Below the pieces are notes generated by a model that saw only the letters and a list, made by a program, of their open reading frames with translations, was not told the DNA's origin and ran no database searches. Below, piece after piece: positions 1-12,030 of a stretch of DNA of 64,000 bases; positions within the stretch are counted from its first letter, which is position 1; each line of letters begins with the position of its first letter. The stretch lies in the NCBI GenBank assembly GCA_035286125.1, contig JAYKIS010000003.1, positions 6,264 to 70,263 on the forward strand, given 5' to 3'. A program made the position numbers and the translations under genes. Source of the stretch: Candidatus Sericytochromatia bacterium (GTDB taxonomy: Bacteria > Cyanobacteriota > Sericytochromatia > S15B-MN24 > VGJW01).

Positions 1-1010
1 CCAGGTCGACGACGGCAACCCTGTCGGCACCCTTGCAGGTGATGAACACCTTGGCCTTGTCCGCTGTCAGGACCGAGTCCGTGGGCGTGGAAAGGGTCGT
101 GGATTTCGCCACCACTGCCCTGGCCGCCGGGTCGTAGACCACGATGGTGTTGCTGGTCTTGTTGCCGTAAACCAGCATGTCCTTGCCGCCGACGAAACCC
201 ATCTCGATCGGACCGGGCTCGTTACCCTCCTTCAGGATCCACTTGTCACCCGTCGGATCACCGTCTTCATCCTTGAGCGCGGATAGAACCACGGCATGGT
301 CCGGTCCGCTCGGCGCCGCCACGAAGGCCTTGCCGACGGCGATGAAGCCGCCCGCACTGCCCGTGGCCACCGGAGCCAGGTCGAAGCTGCGCGTGCTGGG
401 GATCGCGGCAAAATCCGCCACCCCCGCAACCAGCGGCCAACGCACCCGGAAGAGACTGTTGGGCACCGATGCCTGTTGGAGCATGGCCGTCCTGTTGTCC
501 CACCAGCCCAGCCGGGAGCCAGGCTTTCCCTCCATGGCAACGAAGGCGACCTGATCGCGCATCGTCGGGGAAATGATGCGCAAACCCTTGGTCAGTCCGT
601 CCATCGCGATGGCGACACGACGAGCAGGGTCCGCCTTGGTATAGCTGGGGCTGGCCGAGACAGTAGCCGTCGCGGACCCCGGGAAGATGGCGGCGAAGTC
701 GAGGGTCCTGAGCACGGCACGAAGGCCGGCGTCGGCGGCCGACGCGTCGAACTGCGGGTCGATGATTTCCATCTTGCCCGCCGACGGATCGGCATTGAAG
801 ACGAGATCGCCCGCGACATCGATGCCATGGGGGCCCTTGGCCGTCGGGATGGTCGCCACGGGCTTCAGGGGCGGGGCGCCCGAGGTCGTCGGCGTATTGA
901 CGCTCGCACCGTCGGATGCGATGCCTGTGGCCGGCGTGCTGCAGGCAGCAAGCACGGCTGCCGAAGCGATGAGCAGGGAGCGATGGGATGGCTGCGGGCT
1001 TGCAGTCATG
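1..1010 (-). CDS. Lipoprotein with YVTN-type beta-propeller repeats (3' end runs off the window edge)
   Basis: Reverse-strand ORF starts with ATG at 1010-1008 and has no stop before the window edge, so it is absent from the ORF track. N-terminus MTASPQPSHRSLLIASAAVLAACS is a signal peptide plus lipobox. The C-terminal region has repeated V(V/F)YDP...KVFITCKGADRVAVVDL-like blades. Confidence 0.55.
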
Positions 1011-1108
1011 ATGGATGGCCTCCTATACGGACCGGCCTCGACGAAGGGGCCAGCCTCGGGGTAACGCGGGGTGTCAGGCGTTACGGAAGCGAGGGGGCGG
1101 CACTGGCG

Positions 1109-1123
1109 GACTTGTGACAAGTC
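1109..1123. promoter_or_regulatory. Perfect 15-bp palindrome GACTTGTGACAAGTC, candidate operator about 100 bp upstream of the lipoprotein gene
   Basis: The inverted repeat is seen directly in the sequence, within the 400-bp non-coding stretch 1011-1417. Confidence 0.3.
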
Positions 1124-1417
1124 TGGGCAGGCAACAATCGGGCCACGCCTTGGGCGCGCGGCCGTCGGCGTGGCGAACTTCCGCTACCCGTCGGGTCGGT
1201 GGCAAGGTGGCATCTTCAAGGCTCGGCAGGTCGACCGCGAGGAAAGCGTGCGCCTGATCCGGCGCGTCCACCTGGTCAGGTTCCGCAGCCACTGACCAGG
1301 AACACGGATGAGCCAGGCCTTGGTGAAGGCAGACCCTCGGACAGACGGAATCGGCGTTGCGCACGCCCAGCAAGGCCATGACCACAATCGCCACGACAAC
1401 CAGGCGCGCAAGCCGGA

Positions 1418-2461
1418 TCACGCGATGCGATCCTCCTGCAGCCCGATTTGTGTCACGACACGCGCAGCGCCAACGTAGCCCTCTTCCGGCACATCCTGGA
1501 ACCCTGCCTCGGCAAGGCGAGCGGCAATGCGGCGATGCCCCTCCTCGAGCGCATACCAGGGCACGAAGGCGAACGCGTGGTGGACCGAATGGTAGTTCAG
1601 ATAGTTGAAGTAGCGGGCAAGTAAGGGATGCGTCGCCACATTCCGGCAGCCGGCCCACTGGGTGTCGAAGAACGTGGGTCCGGCACCCCACAACCCGTCG
1701 TGCTCGATCTGGCCCCGAAACTGCATGATGGCCCCGACGACCCGCTCCAGAACCAGCCAGGTGATACCCCAGGCCAGGGCCATCTCGCCGCCGCGCCCTC
1801 CTAGGACGTGCTCTCCGAGCCACCAGGCTCCGCCGTACAACAGGCCCTGGGTAATCACGATACCGACCAGATCACGAACCAGGGCCCCACGCATCCGCGG
1901 GTCCTCGTCGCGCAGCTTGTAGCCGTGCCGCGCCATCTCGACGATGAGCCCGACGCCACCCTCGAGGAACACCCTGATCCAGAGTCGGTGCTTCATGCGC
2001 CACCGCTTCAGCATCCCCGCGCTGGCCCGTTCGTGCGGGAGTGGCTCGATGCGCTCGGGATCGCGGATGTCCGTGCCGTTCCACTTGTGGTGCAGCAGGT
2101 GAAGGCGGCCATAGGTCAGGTGGGGCCAGAAGATCGGCCACGAAAGCAAGGGGGGCAAGCCGTCGTCGAGCCAACGAATACCCGTGAGGGTCCGGTGGAT
2201 GGCATCGTGCGTGAGAATCATCGCGGAAGCCACCCAGAAGGCGAGCACGACAAGCCCCCCCCCGAAGACCCACGGATCCCGAACGACCGCGCCACTGGCG
2301 ACCACCACGGCCAACCCCAGCATCACGAGGCCCCGCACGGCGACCTGCAGCAGCCCCGGCCCGGGGCGGACAACTGCCAGGTCCCGCACGAGGGCGGCAA
2401 GCTCGGCGACGGGCACGGCCCGAGAATAGGCCGGCACTTCACGTGGCGCGCCAACTTGCAT
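1418..2461 (-). CDS. Membrane fatty-acid desaturase family protein
   Basis: Histidine boxes HDAIH, HLLHH and HSVHH, with two predicted TM helices before the first box. Start chosen at the internal ATG (MQVGAP...) at 2461. Confidence 0.75.
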   Translation of the reverse strand: MQVGAPREVPAYSRAVPVAELAALVRDLAVVRPGPGLLQVAVRGLVMLGLAVVVASGAVVRDPWVFGGGLVVLAFWVASAMILTHDAIHRTLTGIRWLDDGLPPLLSWPIFWPHLTYGRLHLLHHKWNGTDIRDPERIEPLPHERASAGMLKRWRMKHRLWIRVFLEGGVGLIVEMARHGYKLRDEDPRMRGALVRDLVGIVITQGLLYGGAWWLGEHVLGGRGGEMALAWGITWLVLERVVGAIMQFRGQIEHDGLWGAGPTFFDTQWAGCRNVATHPLLARYFNYLNYHSVHHAFAFVPWYALEEGHRRIAARLAEAGFQDVPEEGYVGAARVVTQIGLQEDRIA

Positions 2462-3135
2462 GGCTGCATGATGCCCTGAATGGACCAAGTCTTTCAAGCT
2501 GCTGGGACGAGAACAAGGACCCGCGAACCGTGGATGAGCAAGCCCTGACACGAGATTTCACGCGCCGACTGGGCGTACCATTGCTGCTGCGCTGGTGCTC
2601 GGAGGCTGCCCAAGGTCCGGCGTGGACCGGGGGCCCCGGCGCCCATCCGATGCGCATCGATGCCTGGCGGCGGGGACGCGCGGCCTTGGCAGAGGTGGTC
2701 ACGGGCCTCGGGCGATCGGATGATTGCGGCCGTCCGGGCCCACCCGCCTGCGGCCTGTCTCTCGCGCATTCGGGGGCGTGGGCAGTGGCGGTCGGACGAC
2801 GCGATGCGGGCCCCATCGGGGTCGACCTCGAACTACCGGGCCGAGAGGTGTCCGAGGCGGTGCTGCTGCGGATGGGGGTTCCCGCGGAGGCCATCCGGCC
2901 AATGGGGGCGACCGGCCGGCTGGTCCTGTGGACCGCGCTCGAAGCCGTCCACAAGGCCCGCGGGACCACCGGTGGTCTCGTGCCGGGCCAAATCCGCCTG
3001 GAACCCGCGGACCGGCGCGCCGGAAGGGCGTGGGTCTCCGGCCTTGCCTACGCGTGGTGTGCGCGCCAGACCTCCAGGGGCATGGTCACGCTGGCGGTGC
3101 CTCTGGGTGTCGGGGCGGAACCCCCCGCCACATGA
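2443..3135 (+). CDS. 4'-phosphopantetheinyl transferase (Sfp-type)
   Basis: GVDLE motif and WTALEAVHKARG (W/FxxKEAxxK) motif. GTG start at 2443 is uncertain because it overlaps the desaturase 5' end. Confidence 0.55.
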   Translation: MARQLAWLHDALNGPSLSSCWDENKDPRTVDEQALTRDFTRRLGVPLLLRWCSEAAQGPAWTGGPGAHPMRIDAWRRGRAALAEVVTGLGRSDDCGRPGPPACGLSLAHSGAWAVAVGRRDAGPIGVDLELPGREVSEAVLLRMGVPAEAIRPMGATGRLVLWTALEAVHKARGTTGGLVPGQIRLEPADRRAGRAWVSGLAYAWCARQTSRGMVTLAVPLGVGAEPPAT

Positions 3136-3577
3136 CCACGTGGGGAAGGCCTACCAGCGAGAACGCTTCCCCGACCTGCAACCAGCCTTCTCTCAGGTAG
3201 AAGGCCCGGGCCCCCACACGGGCGTTGCACCAGACGCGGGCCACTCCGGCAGAAGCCAGGCAATCATTCATAGCCTGAAGCAATGCGGCCCCCACTCCAC
3301 GCGAGCGCCACGCCGCATCAACCGCCATGCCGCGTAGCTGTCGGGTAGCACCCGGGACGCCTGCATGACCTTCTGCGACGACGGTGCAGCAACCCACAAG
3401 CGTGCCACCCGCCCACGCCGCCAGATGCAGCGTCAGGCCATCGGCATCCTGGGGATACCGGCTTTCCGCCTCGGGGCGCCCGGCCCGCAGGACGGCATGC
3501 CTGAGCGGCCTCACGACCGTGGCATCCACCACCTGGACCGACAGGTCGCGAAGACCTTCCTGACCGGCTGCCGGCAT
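3086..3577 (-). CDS. GNAT family N-acetyltransferase
   Basis: Only the C-terminal 163 aa of ORF 3086..4441 are real. Acetyl-CoA motif WRSRGVGAALL. The upstream part of that ORF is antisense to the subtilase gene. Confidence 0.7.
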   Translation of the reverse strand: MPAAGQEGLRDLSVQVVDATVVRPLRHAVLRAGRPEAESRYPQDADGLTLHLAAWAGGTLVGCCTVVAEGHAGVPGATRQLRGMAVDAAWRSRGVGAALLQAMNDCLASAGVARVWCNARVGARAFYLREGWLQVGEAFSLVGLPHVVMWRGVPPRHPEAPPA

Positions 3578-3694
3578 CCGCTGCGTTCCCTCATACGAAA
3601 TTCGTCCTTGATCTTTTCCGGATTTTAACAAGTTCTTGAACTGTCTTCCTATGAACATTATGGCTGAGTTAATCCCCTCTACAGAGGCCCTCCC
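3578..3694. promoter_or_regulatory. AT-rich divergent promoter region between the GNAT (-) and S8 protease (+) genes
   Basis: Markedly AT-rich island in a 70% GC genome. Contains TTGAAC-N17-TATGGC upstream of the 3695 ATG. Confidence 0.3.
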
Positions 3695-5248
3695 ATGCAC
3701 AGACTGCCCCGCCCGATCGCCACTCTGCTGGCCCTGGCCGTGACGGCCTGCGGCACAGGCCATCAGTTCCCGGCCGTGCAGCCGCCGACGGTCACCCTGC
3801 GTACCGAGGCCCAGTTGCCCCGCTTCGCCCCTCCGCCAGCCGCAGGGGAAGCCGTTCCCGGGGAAGCCATCGTACGCTTCGGCCCCGGTGAGGCAGCGCC
3901 CCCCCAGTTGCCCGGCGCCATCCGGGTGAGGGCTGTCGCCGGCGTCGACAACGCTTGGGTCTACCGGCTGACCGGGGGCAGCTACACGGCCTCCACGACG
4001 CAGGCTTGGGATGCCCTGAAGGCCATCGCCTACGCCGAGCCGGTCTACACCTACCACGCCATGGGCTATCCGTCCGGCGAAGACGACTCCCTCTACGGCC
4101 TGAACCTCATCGAGGCTCCCAAGGCGTGGGACCGCGTCACGGCGAAGCGGGACGTGATCGTCGCCGTCATCGACACGGGCGTCGACTATACCCATCCCGA
4201 CCTTGCCGGAGCCGTCATCAAGGGACCTGACGTCGTGAACGATGATGATGATCCGATGGACGATCAGGGGCATGGCACCCATTGCGCCGGGACCGTCGGA
4301 GCCGCCGCGAATGGCACAGGCATCGTCGGAGTTGCGCACGGAGCCAGGATCCTGGCCATCAAGGTGCTCAACTCCCGGGGTTCCGGCAATAACGTCGACA
4401 TTGCCGCCGGCATCGACGCCGCCGTCAAGGGCGGGGCACAAGTCATCAGCCTGAGCCTGGGTGGTCCGGCGTCGCGGGCCACCCGCGACGCCATCCGCGC
4501 CGCGACAGAGAAGGGCGTCCTGTGCGTGGCTGCGGCGGGTAACGAGAACAGCAAGCGTCCAAGCTTCCCTGGGGCACAGGCCGAGGCCCTGGGGGTCGGA
4601 TCATCGGATGCCCGGGACCGGCGCTCGACCTTCTCGAACTACGGGGACACCGTCGATATCGCGGCACCAGGCACGGACATCATGTCGCTGGCCATCGGTG
4701 GCGGCTACCGGAAGTTGTCCGGAACCAGCATGGCCACGCCCCACGTGGCAGGTGCCGCAGCCGTGTTGCTCTCCCGGCAGCCGGACCTCGGGGTGGCGCG
4801 CTTGCGCCGGATCCTCGAGGCCAGCGGCGACAAGGTCTCGGGATTCACCGAGACCCCGTCCGTCAGGCGTCTCAACCTGGCACGTGCACTGGACATGCTC
4901 GACAATCCGGCCGTCGAGATACCCGGCGCCCCGGCGGGGCCCGACGCCCCGGTCGAGGATGGCCAACCGGTCGTGGCGGAACTCAAGGTCGCCGCCAAGT
5001 CCACAAGTGCCGTCCTGACGTGGAAGACGGCCGCGCCTGCCCGGTCAACCGTGGCCTACGGTATCGGCGACGAGCTTACCGAAAAGGCAGAGGGCAGTGA
5101 TGCCGCGGTCCTCGAACACAAGGTCACGCTCAGGAACCTGAAGCGCAACAAGACCTACAGTTTCCGCATCACCACCACGGCCCGTGATGGCCAGTCACTG
5201 ACGACCCGGGTCAAGACCTTCAGGACGCGCCTCTTCGCCATCTTGTAG
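3695..5248 (+). CDS. Subtilisin-like serine protease (S8), lipoprotein, with I9 propeptide and C-terminal FN3-like domain
   Basis: Catalytic triad motifs DTGVDYTHPDL, HGTHCAGTVGA and GTSMATPHVAGAAA. Signal peptide plus lipobox LAVTAC. Confidence 0.9.
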   Translation: MHRLPRPIATLLALAVTACGTGHQFPAVQPPTVTLRTEAQLPRFAPPPAAGEAVPGEAIVRFGPGEAAPPQLPGAIRVRAVAGVDNAWVYRLTGGSYTASTTQAWDALKAIAYAEPVYTYHAMGYPSGEDDSLYGLNLIEAPKAWDRVTAKRDVIVAVIDTGVDYTHPDLAGAVIKGPDVVNDDDDPMDDQGHGTHCAGTVGAAANGTGIVGVAHGARILAIKVLNSRGSGNNVDIAAGIDAAVKGGAQVISLSLGGPASRATRDAIRAATEKGVLCVAAAGNENSKRPSFPGAQAEALGVGSSDARDRRSTFSNYGDTVDIAAPGTDIMSLAIGGGYRKLSGTSMATPHVAGAAAVLLSRQPDLGVARLRRILEASGDKVSGFTETPSVRRLNLARALDMLDNPAVEIPGAPAGPDAPVEDGQPVVAELKVAAKSTSAVLTWKTAAPARSTVAYGIGDELTEKAEGSDAAVLEHKVTLRNLKRNKTYSFRITTTARDGQSLTTRVKTFRTRLFAIL

Positions 5249-5262
5249 GTCACACGCTACGG

Positions 5263-8610
<3,348 letters not shown>

Positions 8611-8645
8611 CAGGCGAACAGGATGCCGACGGCATCCCTCTGGAG

Positions 8646-9230
8646 ATGCAGGGGATGTACGCGGACATGACGGCCCTTTACGCGGACGTCGCGCGCAACA
8701 TGGCCGTCGTTCTCGAGGTTCATGCCGAGATGGGCCAGGTACCGTCCTGTACCAGAGGTTGCGACGCGTGCTGTCATCAACTGGTGTTGTCCACCGTGGC
8801 CGAGGCCGGGGTGATGGCCGATGCCCTCGACAGCCTTGAATCCTCTGCCCGCACCCTCGTCGCCGGACGCATCGATCACTGGCTGGAGGTCACGGAGCCG
8901 CTGCGTCACGCCCTGCAGCAGGCAGACAACGAAACGCTCGACGCAGTCGTCGACACCATGGCGGCGCAGTACTGGCAGCAGCGCATCCCGTGCCCCTTCC
9001 TCGTGGAACGGGCATGCATCCTGCACGATGTACGCCCTTTGGCCTGCCGCCAGCATCACGCGCTGGGAGATCCGGTGCACTGCGGGGAAGCCGACGGGCA
9101 GAACGTCGCCCAGATGGAAGCGATGGAAGACCTGTTCTTCCTGGCGCAGGACGCCATCACTGGGGAAGAGGCCGAAATCGGTATCTTCCCCGAGTTGGTG
9201 GCCATGCTCTCCCGGGCCCGACAGCCCTAG
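8646..9230 (+). CDS. YkgJ/UPF0153-like zinc/iron-chelating Cys-rich protein
   Basis: CTRGCDACC (CxxxCxxCC) plus CPFLVERACILHDVRPLACRQHH, typical of the CxxCxxCC-domain family. Start at ATG 8646; an alternative GTG at 8607 overlaps the fadH stop. Confidence 0.5.
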   Translation: MQGMYADMTALYADVARNMAVVLEVHAEMGQVPSCTRGCDACCHQLVLSTVAEAGVMADALDSLESSARTLVAGRIDHWLEVTEPLRHALQQADNETLDAVVDTMAAQYWQQRIPCPFLVERACILHDVRPLACRQHHALGDPVHCGEADGQNVAQMEAMEDLFFLAQDAITGEEAEIGIFPELVAMLSRARQP

Positions 9231-9309
9231 ATTTCATCGGGACACAAGAATCCGGGCGGGTCCGGGGCACGACAAGACCTCAGGGTCACAGGGCCCGGAA
9301 GGGTGTTCC

Positions 9310-9894
9310 ATGCCGTCTCCCGCAAGTATCCGGCCCGGCAACGTGTCCGGCTGGTCCCGCCCCGTGGTTCCTGCGGCTGATGCCGGCGTTGCCGGGCGCA
9401 ACGCACCAGCGGGCGATGTGCTGCACCTTTCGAGATCCGAGGCGGCTTCCGTCGACCTGATGGAGGTGCTTGTCACGCACCCCGGGCATCGAGCCATCCT
9501 TGCCCGACGCGGCGTCACGACGCCGGAGGCCATCCAGGCGTGGGCCAGCGAACCTTGGCGCCGGGCTGCCTTCACAGTGTGGACCGGCCTGCCTGATGTC
9601 AGCCTCGAAAGCTATGGCCAGCGTTACGACATGCTGCGTATCCCGGGCATCACCCCCGGCGAGGTCCGCTTGCTTCATGAGGCGGGCATCGAGACGGCAG
9701 GCCACCTTGCCGCGCTGGGCGGTGACCACGCAGCTGCCCGCGAAGGCCGGTCCGAGTTCCTGCGACGCCTGGACCTTGTGCGGGACCAGTTGGCAAGGCA
9801 GGCCAGCCTGCAGCTTCGGGTACCGGACGAAGGAAGGCTCATCGAACTCGCGACAGCCGCGGCTGGTGTGGAGAGCCGCATCCGGTCGCGCTAG
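9310..9894 (+). CDS. Hypothetical protein with helix-hairpin-helix motif
   Basis: GITPGEVRLLHEAGIETAGHLAAL is HhH-like. Start chosen at the internal ATG 9310, because the upstream part of ORF 8821..9894 is an alternate frame of the Cys-rich gene. Confidence 0.4.
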   Translation: MPSPASIRPGNVSGWSRPVVPAADAGVAGRNAPAGDVLHLSRSEAASVDLMEVLVTHPGHRAILARRGVTTPEAIQAWASEPWRRAAFTVWTGLPDVSLESYGQRYDMLRIPGITPGEVRLLHEAGIETAGHLAALGGDHAAAREGRSEFLRRLDLVRDQLARQASLQLRVPDEGRLIELATAAAGVESRIRSR

Positions 9895-10353
9895 TTACTC
9901 TTCAGCGAGGTTGAGCAGCCTTTCAGGCTGGTTCGACTCGAAATGCAGGTGGGGCCCCGTTGTCCACGAGCCGGTATTGCCACAGGCCCCGATGACGTCC
10001 CCACGTCGGTAGGCACCTGCACCGCGGGCGGATTGCAGATGCGCATAGGAAGTCTCCAGGCCATCTGCCGCACGCAAGGCGAACACGTTGCCATGCGTAT
10101 GGCTGCGGTAGGAACGTCCCTGGCCGTCGTGCGCAGCGCGCACAGGCGTGCCCTCGAAGCACGCGATATCCAGCGCAGGATGGCCGGGCTGGACGCCCCG
10201 GGTCACGACGCCGGGCATGGGCCTGAGCAAGGGCGCCTTGTCCCCCTTGGGCGTCGACAAGCGACCGACATGGGGACGCGGTACTGGGGCAAGTCTTGGC
10301 AACACGGTCTGTGACGTGACCTCTCGGGACGGGACAAGCATCCATCGCCCCAA
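9895..10353 (-). CDS. M23 family metallopeptidase (LytM domain)
   Basis: HxxxD motif (GHPALDIA) and GNTGSWTTGPHLHFE motif. Confidence 0.75.
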   Translation of the reverse strand: MGRWMLVPSREVTSQTVLPRLAPVPRPHVGRLSTPKGDKAPLLRPMPGVVTRGVQPGHPALDIACFEGTPVRAAHDGQGRSYRSHTHGNVFALRAADGLETSYAHLQSARGAGAYRRGDVIGACGNTGSWTTGPHLHFESNQPERLLNLAEE

Positions 10354-10414
10354 ACATCGCGGCGGCGCCTTAAGGACACACTATGATCGAATCAAGACCA
10401 CGCACATAATCGCT

Positions 10415-10711
10415 TCAGCGTCCCCCACCCACCCAGCCCATCACGGCCAGGAGCACCAGAACCACCAGGACCCGGACGCCTGCGCCGCTCCTGCGCTGGC
10501 CCGAACGCCAAGCAGCCCGGGACGAGTAGGACAAGCCCGTTCCCGGCAAGCCGGTTGTCGCCCGTATCCCCTCCTCATCAAGCGTCACGCGGGCGCCACG
10601 CCTGCCGAAGGACAGCGAAGGCCGCCCCATGCCCAGGTTGAGGCTGATGCCAGGCAACAGCCGTATCGTCCTGCGAAATCTCCAGCCCACGTCGTCCCCC
10701 GTGATCATCAT
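10415..10711 (-). CDS. DUF4236-like small protein with C-terminal TM helix
   Basis: TIRLLPGISLNLGMGRPSLSFGRRGARVTLDEEGIRATTGLPGTGLSY matches the DUF4236 signature. Internal ATG start avoids overlap with the upstream gene. Confidence 0.5.
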   Translation of the reverse strand: MMITGDDVGWRFRRTIRLLPGISLNLGMGRPSLSFGRRGARVTLDEEGIRATTGLPGTGLSYSSRAAWRSGQRRSGAGVRVLVVLVLLAVMGWVGGGR

Positions 10712-10740
10712 GCCCGGAACGCCCCATTCGCGCGGGGACC

Positions 10741-11250
10741 TCAGTCTTCGTGCCCGTTGGGGTTCGACTGCCGGTCGGTTGCCGGGATGCGGCGGGCATC
10801 GGCTGCTCCGTGACGATAAACGAGTTCTCCGCCGCTGGCGCCAGCCCGAATTCCTAACCCCACGGCGGCTCCGGTCCCCGTCGTCGAAGCCAAGGCCAAC
10901 CATGGACCGGCGGGTGTCGCCTGAAGCAGCAGGGCGCCCGCACCCAAGGCTGTCGAGGCGGCCATCGCCCAGACGAACTGTTCGGCAAGCTCTTCATGCC
11001 TCTCCAGGGCCTCATCCGGAATCTGGCCCTCGAGAAGTTCTTCCTCAGCCTCGCCGGTTCGCATCGCCAGCACACCGCTGGCCGTCGTGACGACCTGCAA
11101 GAACAGGACGACGCCCCAGGTCCGGAACGGTAGCCATTGCCGTCGCGAGGCCAGCAGGACGCCAAAGCCCACGAACGGCAGCACGATGGCGAGTCCGAGC
11201 GGCACGTGAACGAGCGCGGGATGGAATGGAACAGCATCCATAGGGAACAT
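10741..11250 (-). CDS. Predicted membrane protein (DUF2231-like)
   Basis: Hydrophobic N-terminal helices (FHPALVHVPLGLAIVLPFVGFGVLL). Start at internal ATG 11250, because the longer ORF would run through the tRNA-Pro gene. Confidence 0.45.
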   Translation of the reverse strand: MFPMDAVPFHPALVHVPLGLAIVLPFVGFGVLLASRRQWLPFRTWGVVLFLQVVTTASGVLAMRTGEAEEELLEGQIPDEALERHEELAEQFVWAMAASTALGAGALLLQATPAGPWLALASTTGTGAAVGLGIRAGASGGELVYRHGAADARRIPATDRQSNPNGHED

Positions 11251-11382
11251 CCTGAAACGGACCACTCCGGGCGCGCCACTTCCACGTAGGCCAGCGAAAT
11301 CCGTCCCCGAAGCAGGGACTGCGGCCATCCGGGGTCCCAAAGCAGAATCCCTTCCATCTGAAACAGACGGAAGGGACCCCAG

Positions 11383-11456
<74 letters not shown>

Positions 11457-11516
11457 AACAGAGGATGATGATAGCAGCCCGCCCCATGCTGGTCCAGAGG
11501 CCGGGTCCCCGACCGG

Positions 11517-11969
11517 TCAGACCAGCAGGTCGAGAATCAGGCCCCGGATGGCATCGAGCCGCCCTGCCAGATCCACCACGCCGGACTGACTCTTCAGGAC
11601 ATCCTCGGATAGCTGCTCCAGATCCTGATCCAGCGTCCGCAGGATGGCCAGCGTCCGGTTGCGCCGGTCCGTATGCTGGTCGACCCGACCGAGACGCTCG
11701 TGCACCCGCTTGATGAAGCGCCTCACCAGCTCCCTGTAAGCGGCCAACTCCCCCATCGAGGGGCGCTCCATCAACCTCCTGGCCTGACGCTCGATGTCGG
11801 CAACCAGATCCTCGGCACTCCCCGGCGCGTGGCTCGCGCGCGGCACCGCGGCCAACTGGTCCTGGAAGCTTGCAGGGCCGACCCCGGCGACCTCACGGGC
11901 CGGCGAAGGGCGATCCTGCCTGAGCGGCGTGGCCGACCCGCGGCCATCCTGCCCAACCTTGAGGTCCAT
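11517..11969 (-). CDS. Hypothetical protein (DUF327/YaaR-like?)
   Basis: ORF with helical C-terminal region and no confident family match. Start at internal ATG so it is divergent from the helicase gene without overlap. Confidence 0.35.
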   Translation of the reverse strand: MDLKVGQDGRGSATPLRQDRPSPAREVAGVGPASFQDQLAAVPRASHAPGSAEDLVADIERQARRLMERPSMGELAAYRELVRRFIKRVHERLGRVDQHTDRRNRTLAILRTLDQDLEQLSEDVLKSQSGVVDLAGRLDAIRGLILDLLV

Positions 11970-12030
11970 GGGTGCATCGTACCCGGGAACGGTCTCTGAA
12001 GCCGTGATACGCTGGACCAGCCTTGTTCCG

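Noticed and set aside
1071-1295. 74-aa plus-strand ORF in the 1011-1417 intergenic region
   Set aside because: No RBS. Arg-rich composition. More likely non-coding promoter/terminator space containing the palindrome.
3578-4441. N-terminal 288 aa of ORF 3086..4441 (-)
   Set aside because: Only the C-terminal GNAT domain (3086..3577) is real. The remainder is antisense to the S8 protease and crosses the AT-rich promoter region.
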